Notes: generated from the letters alone by a model not told the origin. Positions 50,117-60,292 are shown, counted from the first letter of the stretch. The stretch: DNA of 64,000 bases from Candidatus Geocrenenecus huangii (GCA_023254095.1 JALNLM010000003.1:89133-153132); one strand, 5' to 3'. A program made the numbers and translations.

Positions 50117-50413
50117 TCATATTTTTTTCTTCTTATGTATTACTTGTTTCGGGTCTTTTATCAGTAAAGCTATCTCCCATATTATTAATGCAGTTACTAC
50201 TAGGACAAATCCTAGGATAGTTGATTCAAGCGTTATCTCTAAGAGTTCTGCTCCTTCTGTAAAGTATCCTATTAAATTATCTATGAAAATCATCAATGAT
50301 GCTCCCCAAAAGATCAAACTCAGGAACTTCAACATGTATCTATCATCTTCAGCTTTAACATACCATAATGCTGTAGAGATTGTTGCAGAGAATAAAAGTA
50401 TTATTAACCACAT
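50117..50413 (-). CDS. Small membrane protein (2-3 TM), hypothetical
   Basis: 98 aa and strongly hydrophobic, ending in a KKKKI tail. It is preferred over an overlapping plus-strand low-complexity ORF. Confidence 0.35.
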   Translation of the reverse strand: MWLIILLFSATISTALWYVKAEDDRYMLKFLSLIFWGASLMIFIDNLIGYFTEGAELLEITLESTILGFVLVVTALIIWEIALLIKDPKQVIHKKKKI

Positions 50414-50476
50414 CTCTATCAGTAAAGTTTAATAGTAACAATTATTTAACTATTTGGTGTTACCGGAGGAGATAAC

Positions 50477-50842
50477 ATGGCATGCTTTTTAACACCCATG
50501 TTTATAGCTATGGTTACTACGTTTCTTCAGAAGATTTCAATTAAGAAGGCTGAAAAATTGAAGCTATCTATATTGAATACGTTACTTTGGGGTGGTTCCA
50601 TACTTCTAGCGGTAGAACATGTATGGCATGGTGAAGTGGTTCCATGGCCACCTTTCTTAACAGCTATGGCTAACCCAGTAGAGGTGCCAGTCATGCTTCA
50701 TGAAATGATGTTTACCGGAGGATTAATGACGGTGACTATCTTCACGATCTGGGGACTTATACTAGCCATCCCGAACATAATGTCTAAACTTCCAGTAACA
50801 ACTCAAAGACTAAAGGATACAACGCTACATAGAACAGCTTAA
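50477..50842 (+). CDS. Small membrane protein (3 TM), hypothetical
   Basis: 121 aa with 3 hydrophobic helices and a His/Trp-containing loop (EHVWHGEVVPWPP). Confidence 0.35.
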   Translation: MACFLTPMFIAMVTTFLQKISIKKAEKLKLSILNTLLWGGSILLAVEHVWHGEVVPWPPFLTAMANPVEVPVMLHEMMFTGGLMTVTIFTIWGLILAIPNIMSKLPVTTQRLKDTTLHRTA

Positions 50843-50874
50843 CCGAAAATCTAAGATTAGGTTTCCACTCAGAA

Positions 50875-51351
50875 TCATGCCTGTCTAAATGATTTCTTCT
50901 TTACCAGGTCATAGACTTTTCTCGTTATTTCTTCTAGCTTCTCTTTTAATTGTTCTGAGACCTCTTCAGATATCGTGTAGACGTCCGATACCTCTATCCC
51001 GATAATCTGAATCTCTCTCGGCATAGGTATGCCTAGTTCCTTCATGACCTTCAGTGTTTCAGATAGATTCATATAGTGGGGGCTCCATACAGATTGTTTC
51101 CCTACTTCATCTATGTCAACTTCTACTACTTCTCCAACCGGATGCTTAGATGTGACTACACTGTCGACTATTATTGCGAGCTCTCTACCTTCGATGTAGT
51201 CTATTAATGGGAGACCAGACTTATCCATGATCTCAACTTCAAACCCTTCATTCTCTAATACAGGTTTTAATTTTTCTCCTACGAGCAGAGATACTTTATC
51301 ATCTCTAAATAGGTAGTTTCCGATAAAAAGTATGAGGGGCTTACTGTTCAT
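50875..51351 (-). CDS. [NiFe] hydrogenase maturation endopeptidase (HycI/HoxW/HyaD family)
   Basis: 158 aa with N-terminal LILFIGNYLFRDDKVS (Asp Ni-ligand region) and IIVDSVV...HP. It is located directly downstream of the hydrogenase large subunit. Confidence 0.8.
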   Translation of the reverse strand: MNSKPLILFIGNYLFRDDKVSLLVGEKLKPVLENEGFEVEIMDKSGLPLIDYIEGRELAIIVDSVVTSKHPVGEVVEVDIDEVGKQSVWSPHYMNLSETLKVMKELGIPMPREIQIIGIEVSDVYTISEEVSEQLKEKLEEITRKVYDLVKKKSFRQA

Positions 51352-51464
51352 TCGGGATATTTATTCTCTAGGAGACTCTATATACCTTATGGAGTGTGAG
51401 TCCTCAGTTATCTCTAAGATGAAGTGACTGGATTGAGTATGGTCTCGGTATTCCTTATTCACTG

Positions 51465-52958
51465 CTATTTCCCAATTCTTGATACTAGTTCATCTGAGTC
51501 TATGATTTTCAGCAATTCGCCTTTAGAAGAGTAGAGGTGTAACTTAAGCGATATTCTTTCGGATAGGCTGTGTGTCCCACATGCATGACATGGATCGTAG
51601 GCTCTGAAAGCCATCTCCACCATGTTTAATATTCCTTCATCTATCTGCCCCGCCCTAATTATGGATCTCGCGGCCTTATCTACTGAGAGGGCTATCCGCG
51701 CAGCGTTATGTTGTGTTGCCACGAGCAAGTTTGCTTTCTTCAATACTCCGTTCTCATCTGTCTCATAATGATGTATTAAGGTTCCTCTAGGCGCTTCAAC
51801 CACACCTATCCCTACGTCCGGAATAGCTGAGGGCAGATTTCTTACATCCTTGCTTTCTATATCTGGATCATAAGCTAGTTCCCTGAATCTTTCAGCCGCG
51901 TAGACTATTTCTATTACTCTTGCCCAGTGGTTCGCCAGTGTATGATGTACAGGTCTTCCTCCTAGTGTCTCATACATTTCCTCATATGCTTCCTGCGCTT
52001 TCGGTGTAGCCATTCCATCGGCGGCATTTAGCCTCGCTAGAGGCGCTACACTCATAATCCCGCTGTCTTCCCCATCTGTAAATCCCTTCCACCCAATCTT
52101 TCTAAGGTAAGGGAATTTTATATACGTCCATGGTTCTACATGTTCTGCTATATAGTCCAAGTATTGGTGAACGTCGAACTTTGCATATTCTGTCCCTCTA
52201 GGTGAGACAACTCTAATTCTGCCGTCATAGAAGTTTACTCTATTCCTATCGTCTACGAGGCCCATGTAGTATGTTCTATGAGTGTATGCTTCACTCGTTA
52301 TGAGATCGACGTACTCCTTGTTGCTTAAAACTATGTCTTTGAAGACTCTGTAGGTGAATTCCGCGAATTCCACTGCTTCGTCAGAGGTTTTCTTAGCTGT
52401 CTCTATTGCTTCTTCAGACAATGGCTTAGAGATTCCCCCAGGTAGACCAAAGACTGGATGTATTGTTTTTCCACCAATCATCTCCATAAGCTTCCTCAAC
52501 TTCTTCCTCATCTGGATAACCCTCAAACCTACCTCTACTCCAACCTTCTTGATCACCCCTACAACGTTTCTCTCCTCCTTGGAGGCCTTCGGCCCGACTA
52601 TGAAGTCAGGTCCGGCCAGAATGTAGAAATGCAAAGCATGATCTTCCACCATGAATATGTTGTAGAACATTTCTCTAATCTTCTTGGCTGGCTCCGGCGG
52701 ATCGACCTTATACAAGTCATCCAACGCTTTCGTGGAGGCCATATGATGCGCTGTTGGACATACACCACATATTCTAGGCGTTATCTGAGGCATATCTTCT
52801 GCATGCCTACCTACAGCGAACTTTTCGAAGCCTCTAAGCTCCGGTATCTGTAGATATGCTTTAACGCAGTTTCCAGCATCATCCAGCACTATTACTATCT
52901 TACCGTGACCCTCCAATCTTGTGATAGGATTGATCACAACCTCCTTCATGTTTATCAC
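51465..52958 (-). CDS. mvhA: [NiFe] hydrogenase large subunit, Mvh/F420-non-reducing (group 3c-like) type
   Basis: It has the N-terminal RLEGHG...RICGVCPTAHHMA (L1 motif) and the C-terminal DPCHACGTHS (L2 motif), followed by a ~30-aa extension that a maturation protease would remove. Confidence 0.9.
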   Translation of the reverse strand: MINMKEVVINPITRLEGHGKIVIVLDDAGNCVKAYLQIPELRGFEKFAVGRHAEDMPQITPRICGVCPTAHHMASTKALDDLYKVDPPEPAKKIREMFYNIFMVEDHALHFYILAGPDFIVGPKASKEERNVVGVIKKVGVEVGLRVIQMRKKLRKLMEMIGGKTIHPVFGLPGGISKPLSEEAIETAKKTSDEAVEFAEFTYRVFKDIVLSNKEYVDLITSEAYTHRTYYMGLVDDRNRVNFYDGRIRVVSPRGTEYAKFDVHQYLDYIAEHVEPWTYIKFPYLRKIGWKGFTDGEDSGIMSVAPLARLNAADGMATPKAQEAYEEMYETLGGRPVHHTLANHWARVIEIVYAAERFRELAYDPDIESKDVRNLPSAIPDVGIGVVEAPRGTLIHHYETDENGVLKKANLLVATQHNAARIALSVDKAARSIIRAGQIDEGILNMVEMAFRAYDPCHACGTHSLSERISLKLHLYSSKGELLKIIDSDELVSRIGK

Positions 52959-53935
52959 CTCTCTGCTAATATTATCTTTCCTCTAAGCCTTGAAGCTGGT
53001 AAAGAATATCTATAGAATACGCCCATTGGGTCCAGGATCTTCCCAAGTACTTTCTTGATCTCTTCTTCGTCTGCATAGTCTACTATACTCGCAAAATATG
53101 ATATCGCTTTCCCACCGTAATCTATTACTTCGTCTAGCGGGCCAAAGCATCCAGTACACGGCATAGCTGCTTTTATACAGAGTGCACCGCATCCTCCACG
53201 AGTCACTGGTCCAAGACATGTTAACCCCTGTGTGAGAAGACACTTAGATGGGTCTGCCAATACTTCATGTGGCCTCTTAACATCCTTGATTAACACTTTA
53301 TCGGGCTTGGTTTCGTTTAGCGGGCAATCGTAGCATAGGGATTTATCGGATGCTCCTAGTACAGAGCCTCTAGGTGGAAGATTGCCTGAGAGTAGCGTCT
53401 CTATAGCTTTCCACGTAACATCAGGTGTTGGAGGACAGCCGGGTACATAATAATCTACGTCTACTACGAGATCTAGTGGTAGGAGTCGTGGAAGAAGATC
53501 AGGCAACTCCAGTGTTATCTCTTCTTCTACTTTGGTTTTTAGCTGTGGTCGTGTTTTGTCAGGGTTTTCTACTGTTGGTGCTTCATGATAAACATATCTC
53601 AGTATTTCTTCTCTACTATAGAGGTTTGCTAGCCCTGGGACCCCGCCCCATGCTGAGCATGCTCCGTAAGCGATAACCAGTTTGGATTTCCTCCTAAGCA
53701 ATTTTACTACATGTTCATGTTCAGTAAGTCTAACTCCACCATTTATGAAGCTTGCAGTAATCGATCCATCAGGCAAATTTTCTACGTCTTGGATTTTGTA
53801 ATCCATAGCCACTGGCCAGAACACAATATCTACTAGGTTAACGACGTCAAGGATCTTATCGGCGAGGTCTACTACCGCTTCCTCGCATCCTCCACAACTT
53901 GCACACCAGTATAATGCGATCTTGGGTTTCTCCAT
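52955..53935 (-). CDS. mvhG: [NiFe] hydrogenase small subunit, Mvh type
   Basis: It has the N-terminal ALYWCASCGGCEE proximal-cluster motif and further Cys clusters (CPPTPDV, CYDCPLNE, CLGPVTRGGCGALC...CTGC). Confidence 0.85.
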   Translation of the reverse strand: MEKPKIALYWCASCGGCEEAVVDLADKILDVVNLVDIVFWPVAMDYKIQDVENLPDGSITASFINGGVRLTEHEHVVKLLRRKSKLVIAYGACSAWGGVPGLANLYSREEILRYVYHEAPTVENPDKTRPQLKTKVEEEITLELPDLLPRLLPLDLVVDVDYYVPGCPPTPDVTWKAIETLLSGNLPPRGSVLGASDKSLCYDCPLNETKPDKVLIKDVKRPHEVLADPSKCLLTQGLTCLGPVTRGGCGALCIKAAMPCTGCFGPLDEVIDYGGKAISYFASIVDYADEEEIKKVLGKILDPMGVFYRYSLPASRLRGKIILAER

Positions 53936-53937
53936 AT

Positions 53938-54357
53938 CTAGACCGTCTCCTGCAGTTTTAGTGGACCTAGAGACTTAATTTCCTGATACATCTCATTCGC
54001 TACTCTAACGAATTTCTCTGCTTCAGATGCAGAGATCCATTCAAGTCTAAATCTTTCTTTCTCTATCCCGAATCCTTCAAGAACCCTCCTTAGGAGAGTC
54101 ATTCTCCTCAATGCTTTAATATTCCCCTCGATGTAGTGGCAGTCGCCTGGATGGCATCCTGCAACGAGGACTCCGTCGGCACCTCTCCTAAAAGCTTCAA
54201 GAATGAATTGTGGATCGACTCTCCCTGAACACATGACTTTTATTACTAGAAAGTTTGGAGGATACTTCATACGACTTACGCCAGCTAGGTCTAGAGCAGC
54301 ATAAGAGCACCAGTTGCATGCAAAAACAACTATTCTCGGCTCAAGGTCTTGACTCAC
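53938..54357 (-). CDS. mvhD: Methyl-viologen-reducing hydrogenase delta subunit (MvhD)
   Basis: It has the IVVFACNWCSYAALDLAG ... CSGR...GADGVLVAGCHPGDCHY pattern typical of MvhD [2Fe-2S] proteins. Confidence 0.85.
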   Translation of the reverse strand: MSQDLEPRIVVFACNWCSYAALDLAGVSRMKYPPNFLVIKVMCSGRVDPQFILEAFRRGADGVLVAGCHPGDCHYIEGNIKALRRMTLLRRVLEGFGIEKERFRLEWISASEAEKFVRVANEMYQEIKSLGPLKLQETV

Positions 54358-54417
54358 TTAAACCACCTTTATTATTCACATTTTTTAACTTTTTTGCAGT
54401 ATTTAGCGATATCAGAA

Positions 54418-56367
54418 TTACTTATAGAGAGCCGCGAGAACTTGGCTCTTTAATTGAGCATCCTTGAAGCCGAACTGCTGCATCGCACCCGTCGGGCATG
54501 AGGCTACGCATGCCCCGCAACCTTTACATACTGCTGGGTCTACTTCTGCAATTCTCCTATCTTCATAGGTCTTTATTCTTATAGCATTGTATGGACATAT
54601 TCCCACGCATATTGAGCAGGCACTACATCTCTCATCATCTACTACTGCTACCAATGGTTCAACTATTGCCTCTTCTTTTACAAGCAATGTCAAGGCTTTA
54701 GAGGCTGCAGCACTTCCAGAATCTATCGCCTCTACGATGTTCTTCGGTCCAGTGACTGTGCCCGCAAGATATACTCCATCAGTAGCGGCTTCAACGGGTC
54801 TGAGTTTTAAATGAGCTTCTCTAAGGAATCCTTCTGGACCGCATCCTACCTTCACTATTGTTCTAATTCTATCGATATCTTTAGGAGGCTTCATTCCCAC
54901 TGATAGTACTACTAGGTCGGCGGAGATGGATACTTCTTCCTGGATTGTTTCTTCAAAGAATCTTACGTCTATGCTTCCATCAGGGTTGACGAGAACGTTT
55001 GGAGCTTCTCTATATCTTGCAAACCTGATCAGTCTCTCTCCAGCTCTGAGATAGAGTTGTTCATCTCCTCTACTGTATGTTCTTATATCTTTATGAAGGA
55101 TGTATATGTTCGTTTCAGGATATCTCTCCTTGATTACGAGAGCATTCTTTATCGTGGATGAGCAGCACATCCGGGAACAGTATGGATACGCGTTCGGAGT
55201 TATATTAAGCGACCCTACACACATTATGAATACTATGCTCTTCGGCTGTATACCGTTTATCTTCAGTTCACCCTTCGTCGGGCTCTCTTCGTCAAGCATT
55301 CTTTCAAGCTGGAATAATGTTAACACTCTACTGGATACACCATAACCGAACTCTCCAATCAGAGGTTCATATGGTTCATGTCCTGCTGCAAGTATTACTG
55401 CTCCCACGTTTAACTCTATTTCTTCAGGCTTCTCTGCAAGATTTACAGCGTTCCTCGGGCAGACTTTAACGCATTCGAGGCATCTAGTACAGTTTTCATG
55501 GTCTATGACATAAAGTGGTGGGTATGCTCCTAGATACGGTAGGTAGATTGCTTTCCTCTTCGTTAACCCGAACTCATACTCGTTTGATACCTCGACTGGA
55601 CATACTCTAACACATTCACCGCATAGATTACATTTTTCATTAACGTGCCTTGGCTGTCTAACCACTCTTATCTTGAAGTTTCCCACTGACCCGCTAACAT
55701 CTATTATCTCCGTATTTACGTAAATATTGATGTTCGGATTGTCTACGACTTGCTTCAACAATTCACCTACTACATCTTTTCCTTTCAATTCTGTATGTGC
55801 AATTCTTCCAAGCCTAGCGGTATTTCCACCTAATACTGGTCTTCTCTCAATGAGATAAACCTTGAAGCCTTTAAGAGCCAGTTCTCTGGCAGCAGATAAT
55901 CCTGCTACTCCGCCTCCCACGATCAAAACGTTCTTGTTTACCTTGAAAGTTATATCCTTAAGTGGTTCAAGCAATGATGCTTTAGCTACGGCGACTCTTA
56001 TCAATGTATAGGCTTTCCATGTTGCAGCTTCTCTACTCTCTGAGTGAACCCATGAACAATGCTCTCTAATGTTTGCTATTTCTAGCAGGTATGGGTTTAG
56101 TCCGGCTTCGATCAAAACATTTCTAAAAGTATGCTCATGCATAGTTGGAGAGCATGCTGCTACGACAATCCTGTTTAGATTATACTTCTTTACTCCTTCT
56201 TTAATAATTTCTTGACCTGGAGCAGAGCACATAAAGATGTAATCTCTTACCTCTACAACGTGTGGGAGATTCTTAACGTATTCAACTACTTCTTTTATGT
56301 TTACGGAGCCGGCTATGTTTACTCCACAGTGGCAGATGTATACCCCTATTCTAGGCTCCTCATTCAT
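54418..56367 (-). CDS. hdrA: Heterodisulfide reductase subunit A-like flavoprotein (HdrA)
   Basis: 649 aa with the FAD motif VLIVGGGVAGLSAARELA, multiple ferredoxin CxxCxxCxxxCP motifs and the thioredoxin-reductase-like insert. Confidence 0.85.
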   Translation of the reverse strand: MNEEPRIGVYICHCGVNIAGSVNIKEVVEYVKNLPHVVEVRDYIFMCSAPGQEIIKEGVKKYNLNRIVVAACSPTMHEHTFRNVLIEAGLNPYLLEIANIREHCSWVHSESREAATWKAYTLIRVAVAKASLLEPLKDITFKVNKNVLIVGGGVAGLSAARELALKGFKVYLIERRPVLGGNTARLGRIAHTELKGKDVVGELLKQVVDNPNINIYVNTEIIDVSGSVGNFKIRVVRQPRHVNEKCNLCGECVRVCPVEVSNEYEFGLTKRKAIYLPYLGAYPPLYVIDHENCTRCLECVKVCPRNAVNLAEKPEEIELNVGAVILAAGHEPYEPLIGEFGYGVSSRVLTLFQLERMLDEESPTKGELKINGIQPKSIVFIMCVGSLNITPNAYPYCSRMCCSSTIKNALVIKERYPETNIYILHKDIRTYSRGDEQLYLRAGERLIRFARYREAPNVLVNPDGSIDVRFFEETIQEEVSISADLVVLSVGMKPPKDIDRIRTIVKVGCGPEGFLREAHLKLRPVEAATDGVYLAGTVTGPKNIVEAIDSGSAAASKALTLLVKEEAIVEPLVAVVDDERCSACSICVGICPYNAIRIKTYEDRRIAEVDPAVCKGCGACVASCPTGAMQQFGFKDAQLKSQVLAALYK

Positions 56368-57658
56368 GGACTACACCTTCAGCAAGTATAGATGCTTTAA
56401 CCGCTGCCGAGCTAGCCTGTATAACTGAGTCTGGAATATCTTTTGCACCTGCTGCTACGCCAACGACGTAGACTCCGTCTATATCTGCTGCTACAGGCTC
56501 TATAATTGGATTCTTTAAAAGTATGTATCCGTCTTCTCCGATCGGTAAAGATAATGCCTCCGGATAGACAGGTTTAACCCCTACGGCCAGAACAACCATC
56601 TCTACTCTTATAGATTTCTTGACGCCTGTGAATGTATCTTCATACGTTATTATCAAATCTTTAGTCTCGGGATCCTCTTCAATCTTCGCAGGTTTAGCTC
56701 TAATGAATTTCACCCTGAATTCTCTCACGGCTCTATTATAGAATTCTTGATATCCTTTCCCGAATGCTCTGAGATCCATGTAGAATATTGTGCAGTCAAC
56801 TTCTGGTAGATGTTCTTTAGCGAGGATTGCATGCTTAACGGAGGCCATACAGCAGAAAGCTGAACAGTTCGGGTTAACCTTAACATCTCTAGAACATACA
56901 CACTGTATGAAGGCTATACTTTTCGGATGCTTATTATCAGACCTTCTCATAATCTCTCCCCCAGTCGGTCCAGTAGATGATAAGAGTCTTTCGAATTCCA
57001 GCGATGTATATACATTTGGATATTTTCCGTAGCCGTATGTTGGAGCAATACGTGGATCCATTAATTCGTACCCCGTAGCGACGATTATCGAGGCTACGTT
57101 AAGTTCTAGAGTTTCAGGTTTCTGCTCAAAGTTTATCGCCCTGGTTGGGCAGAATCTTTCACATACACGGCATATCCCCTTAGTAAAGTAGAAACAGTGT
57201 TCTCTATCTATGGTTGCTTTCAGAGGTACCGCTTGAGGGAAGGGAAAGTATATTGCCCTCCTATTACTCATCCCTAGATTAAACTCGTCTGGAACTTTTG
57301 ACGGGCACTTGGAGGCACATTCACCACACCCTATACATTTATCTTCATCAACATATCTAGGCTTCTTAAGCACCTTAACATAGAAGTCCCCCGCCTTCCC
57401 TTTAACCTCAACTACCTCCGAATATGTTAAGAGCCTTACCATAGGATGTCTCGCGACAGAGACCATCTTAGGAGTAAGAATACATGAAGAGCAATCAAGC
57501 GTTGGAAACGTTTTATCTAGTTGAGCCATTCTACCACCTATACTCGGACTCTTCTCGATGAGGTACACTTCTACTCCTTGATCTCCTAGATCTAAAGCAG
57601 CTTGTATACCAGCAATACCTCCACCGATAACCAAGACAGATTTAGGCATGAATACCAC
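56360..57658 (-). CDS. Second, shorter HdrA-like FAD/Fe-S flavoprotein
   Basis: 432 aa with FAD motif VLVIGGGIAGIQAALDLG and ferredoxin motifs CIGCGECASKCP and CRVCERFCP. It overlaps hdrA by 8 nt. Confidence 0.7.
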   Translation of the reverse strand: MVFMPKSVLVIGGGIAGIQAALDLGDQGVEVYLIEKSPSIGGRMAQLDKTFPTLDCSSCILTPKMVSVARHPMVRLLTYSEVVEVKGKAGDFYVKVLKKPRYVDEDKCIGCGECASKCPSKVPDEFNLGMSNRRAIYFPFPQAVPLKATIDREHCFYFTKGICRVCERFCPTRAINFEQKPETLELNVASIIVATGYELMDPRIAPTYGYGKYPNVYTSLEFERLLSSTGPTGGEIMRRSDNKHPKSIAFIQCVCSRDVKVNPNCSAFCCMASVKHAILAKEHLPEVDCTIFYMDLRAFGKGYQEFYNRAVREFRVKFIRAKPAKIEEDPETKDLIITYEDTFTGVKKSIRVEMVVLAVGVKPVYPEALSLPIGEDGYILLKNPIIEPVAADIDGVYVVGVAAGAKDIPDSVIQASSAAVKASILAEGVVHE

Positions 57659-58793
57659 CGCCCTTAGATTGAAAATGTTTCTTCAAGTCTGAAAAATATA
57701 CTGCGAATGGTCTATAGGCTAAGTGAGCCCACTTAGCAAAAGGCACTTCAAGCAATAAGAATGGGGCCACTATCATTAAGTGTATCGAGTATGTTACGTA
57801 TGTTGCAAGTGGTAGTCCGATGAATCTAAAGATTCCTACGAGGATTCCTGTAACAGTTACTATGAGAAGCATAGTTATGAACATCCAGTCTGTTAGATGG
57901 GAGTAGCTCCACATAGGTTGAGATCTCCTTATCCTTCCACGGATAGATATAGAAGCTCCGTAGAGCAAGGCTAATGTGGAGAATATGCCGATGATGCTTA
58001 GAGGATTAACTATGAGGAATGGCTCGTTGGTCTGGGTAAATCTTAGGAGTGGCACAAACAATATGAAGGCTGCAGCATACCCGTAAACCATGATTAGATG
58101 GTTTATCCAGTTGCTCACCCTACATAGCTTAAACTTCATCTGTGTAAAGAAGTGTACTGGAACGGTCTTGACGAAGTCGGCGACCAAGAACTTTAGGGGT
58201 ACCCTGACTCTTTCCCCATACTCGTCTCTCATAACGAACCTATACATCCGATACAGGTTTGTTATGAGGAGCACGGCAAGTATGAAGAAGACTGCTAAAC
58301 CAGCTGTATCAACTATGTGTATCGGTGCAAAAGTTTCTAGCTGAACTCTATCTAACACAACGGGTCCATGTAGAAAGTATATTAGCAAGCCTACTATTGC
58401 TGCGACGATCATTATTGCCATTATCTCTACTTTCTTAGAGAGGTAGAGTAGTCTCGATATGCCAGTCCAATCATATTTTGTTGTAAGATATCTTCTAAGA
58501 GCCATCATAAAGCTTCCAGGATCAGCATCTCTAGGACAATAATCACTACATTCACCACAATAATAGCACAGCCATGGATCAATAGAAGAAACTATCTTAT
58601 CTTCTATACCCATGATGGCGTAACGTATAAGCTTCCTAGGATACGACACATTATCTTGAGTTAATGGGCAGATAGCTGTACAATTACCACAATTAAAACA
58701 TCTAATGAATTTTCCTGCTCCAAGTTCGATGAGCCTTGCTGATAACTCAGGAGCTACCTTCGTAGGTTTCTCATAAACAGTAATGACCTCCAT
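57642..58793 (-). CDS. Membrane subunit: N-terminal HdrC-like 2x[4Fe-4S] domain fused to an HdrE/NarI/DsrM-like multi-His (cytochrome-b-like) integral membrane domain
   Basis: It has N-terminal CFNCGNCTAICP and CYYCGECSDYCP clusters. About 6 TM helices follow, with conserved His in helices (HIVDTAG, HLIMVYGY, HLMIVAPF), which suggests heme b and a quinone-facing function. Confidence 0.5.
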   Translation of the reverse strand: MEVITVYEKPTKVAPELSARLIELGAGKFIRCFNCGNCTAICPLTQDNVSYPRKLIRYAIMGIEDKIVSSIDPWLCYYCGECSDYCPRDADPGSFMMALRRYLTTKYDWTGISRLLYLSKKVEIMAIMIVAAIVGLLIYFLHGPVVLDRVQLETFAPIHIVDTAGLAVFFILAVLLITNLYRMYRFVMRDEYGERVRVPLKFLVADFVKTVPVHFFTQMKFKLCRVSNWINHLIMVYGYAAAFILFVPLLRFTQTNEPFLIVNPLSIIGIFSTLALLYGASISIRGRIRRSQPMWSYSHLTDWMFITMLLIVTVTGILVGIFRFIGLPLATYVTYSIHLMIVAPFLLLEVPFAKWAHLAYRPFAVYFSDLKKHFQSKGGGIHA

Positions 58794-58954
58794 ACCTCGA
58801 AAGTATTTACCAGTATAAGGAAGATATAAGATTTTTTATAACATGAATAAATATGTGCGGTACCATATTTGTCTATACTATATATACTCTGGTCGCGTAG
58901 TTGACAATGCTTAAAATCATGATATATCTTAACTTGACTGGAGAGGAATATTAA

Positions 58955-59998
58955 TTAGCATATTCTAGGAACTATCTCGCCTACTGGTGGTTCAAGTATT
59001 CTATAGCCTCCGATACTTGTCCTCACTACAACTAAACTGATCTCTTCTTTCTTCTCTCTAACTTCTCCGATTATCTCAGCATTCCTATAGCCTATTCTAT
59101 GCATCGTTTCAAGCATATCTTCTGCATACTCTTCTTCTACTCCTAGAACCGCTACTCCTTCAGAAGCTAAGGTTAACGGGTCTAATCCAAGCATTTGGCA
59201 GTAACTCATTACAGGTTCTCTTACCGGTATCTTTTCCTCATCTATGATTATGGTTGTGTTCGACAATGAAGCCCAATTATTCAAAGTCATTGCCAGACCT
59301 CCTCTAGTAGGGTCGCTGGCAGCATGAATATGCTTGCCATACTTTTTTATGAGGGGTATCATTAAATCCGTTAGAGGTTTAACGTCACTTCTTAATTCAT
59401 GTTCTTCAAGCATGAGACCTTTCTGGGCAGCGTATATTGCCGCTCCATGTTCAGCTACTGGCCCTGAGACGATGATTTTGTCTCCAGGCCTTAGATTCTT
59501 ATCTACTATCAAGTATTCCGATATACCGATTCCGACCGTTGTGATTATTATCTTGTCTATCTCTCCATAAGGCATAACCTTAAAGTCTCCGCCGATCAGC
59601 TTTACTCTCAGGTTAGCAAATACGTCAAACATAGATTCTAATATCTTTTCCAATGTTTCTCTCTCTAAACCCTCTTCAACTACTATGGAATCTAATGCAG
59701 CTACCGGGTTTCCACCAAGCATCAGTACATCATTTATCGTTCCAGAAGCAGCAAGTTTCCCAATATCTCCACCGGGGAAAAATATTGGGTTAACAGTGTA
59801 GGAGTCGATAGTTAAGACCATGTATTTGTCTTCGCTTAAAGGGATGGCCGCTGCATCATCTGGGAAATCTAATCCTAGACCACCTTCAACGAGCTTCATC
59901 CAGGAGGGTAGTCTACTGAAGACTATCTCTTCAAGCAGCTGATTCATTTCTCTTCCGCCAGACCCATGGGCTAGAGTAATCTTCTCCACATCGACCAC
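58955..59998 (-). CDS. hypE: Hydrogenase maturation factor HypE
   Basis: It has an AIR-synthase-related fold with the N-terminal LAHGSGG and a C-terminal PRIC Cys. Confidence 0.85.
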   Translation of the reverse strand: MVDVEKITLAHGSGGREMNQLLEEIVFSRLPSWMKLVEGGLGLDFPDDAAAIPLSEDKYMVLTIDSYTVNPIFFPGGDIGKLAASGTINDVLMLGGNPVAALDSIVVEEGLERETLEKILESMFDVFANLRVKLIGGDFKVMPYGEIDKIIITTVGIGISEYLIVDKNLRPGDKIIVSGPVAEHGAAIYAAQKGLMLEEHELRSDVKPLTDLMIPLIKKYGKHIHAASDPTRGGLAMTLNNWASLSNTTIIIDEEKIPVREPVMSYCQMLGLDPLTLASEGVAVLGVEEEYAEDMLETMHRIGYRNAEIIGEVREKKEEISLVVVRTSIGGYRILEPPVGEIVPRIC

Positions 59999-60292
59999 CT
60001 AGTATTTCTTGCTTAACCACTTATTTACCACCTTATCTATTTCTTCAAGCTCTTCAGTTGACATCTCTCCCTCTTCAACGAGTCTTTCAACAGCTTCTCG
60101 AATATACCTGAAGCTCTCTAGGAATTCTTCTTCACTCAGTTTAGAGATTATAAAGCCTGCGTGGACAACTACATAATCTCCTGGCGAGAGGTCATCTATA
60201 GCTGACAATACCTCTTTAACTACTCCACCAAAATCTACTCTAACAAACTCTTCTGACACTTCTAGCACTTTACCGTAGACGCCCCAGCACAT
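59999..60292 (-). CDS. hypC: Hydrogenase assembly chaperone HypC/HupF
   Basis: It begins MCWGVYGKVLEV, the essential N-terminal Cys2 of HypC, and has an OB fold with a C-terminal helical extension. It abuts the hypE start. Confidence 0.7.
   Translation of the reverse strand: MCWGVYGKVLEVSEEFVRVDFGGVVKEVLSAIDDLSPGDYVVVHAGFIISKLSEEEFLESFRYIREAVERLVEEGEMSTEELEEIDKVVNKWLSKKY

Noticed and set aside
49980-50432. 150-aa plus-strand ORF overlapping the small minus-strand membrane protein
   Set aside because: It is low complexity with Ile/Ser/Lys runs. The overlapping minus-strand frame encodes clean TM helices and was preferred, though neither is proven.
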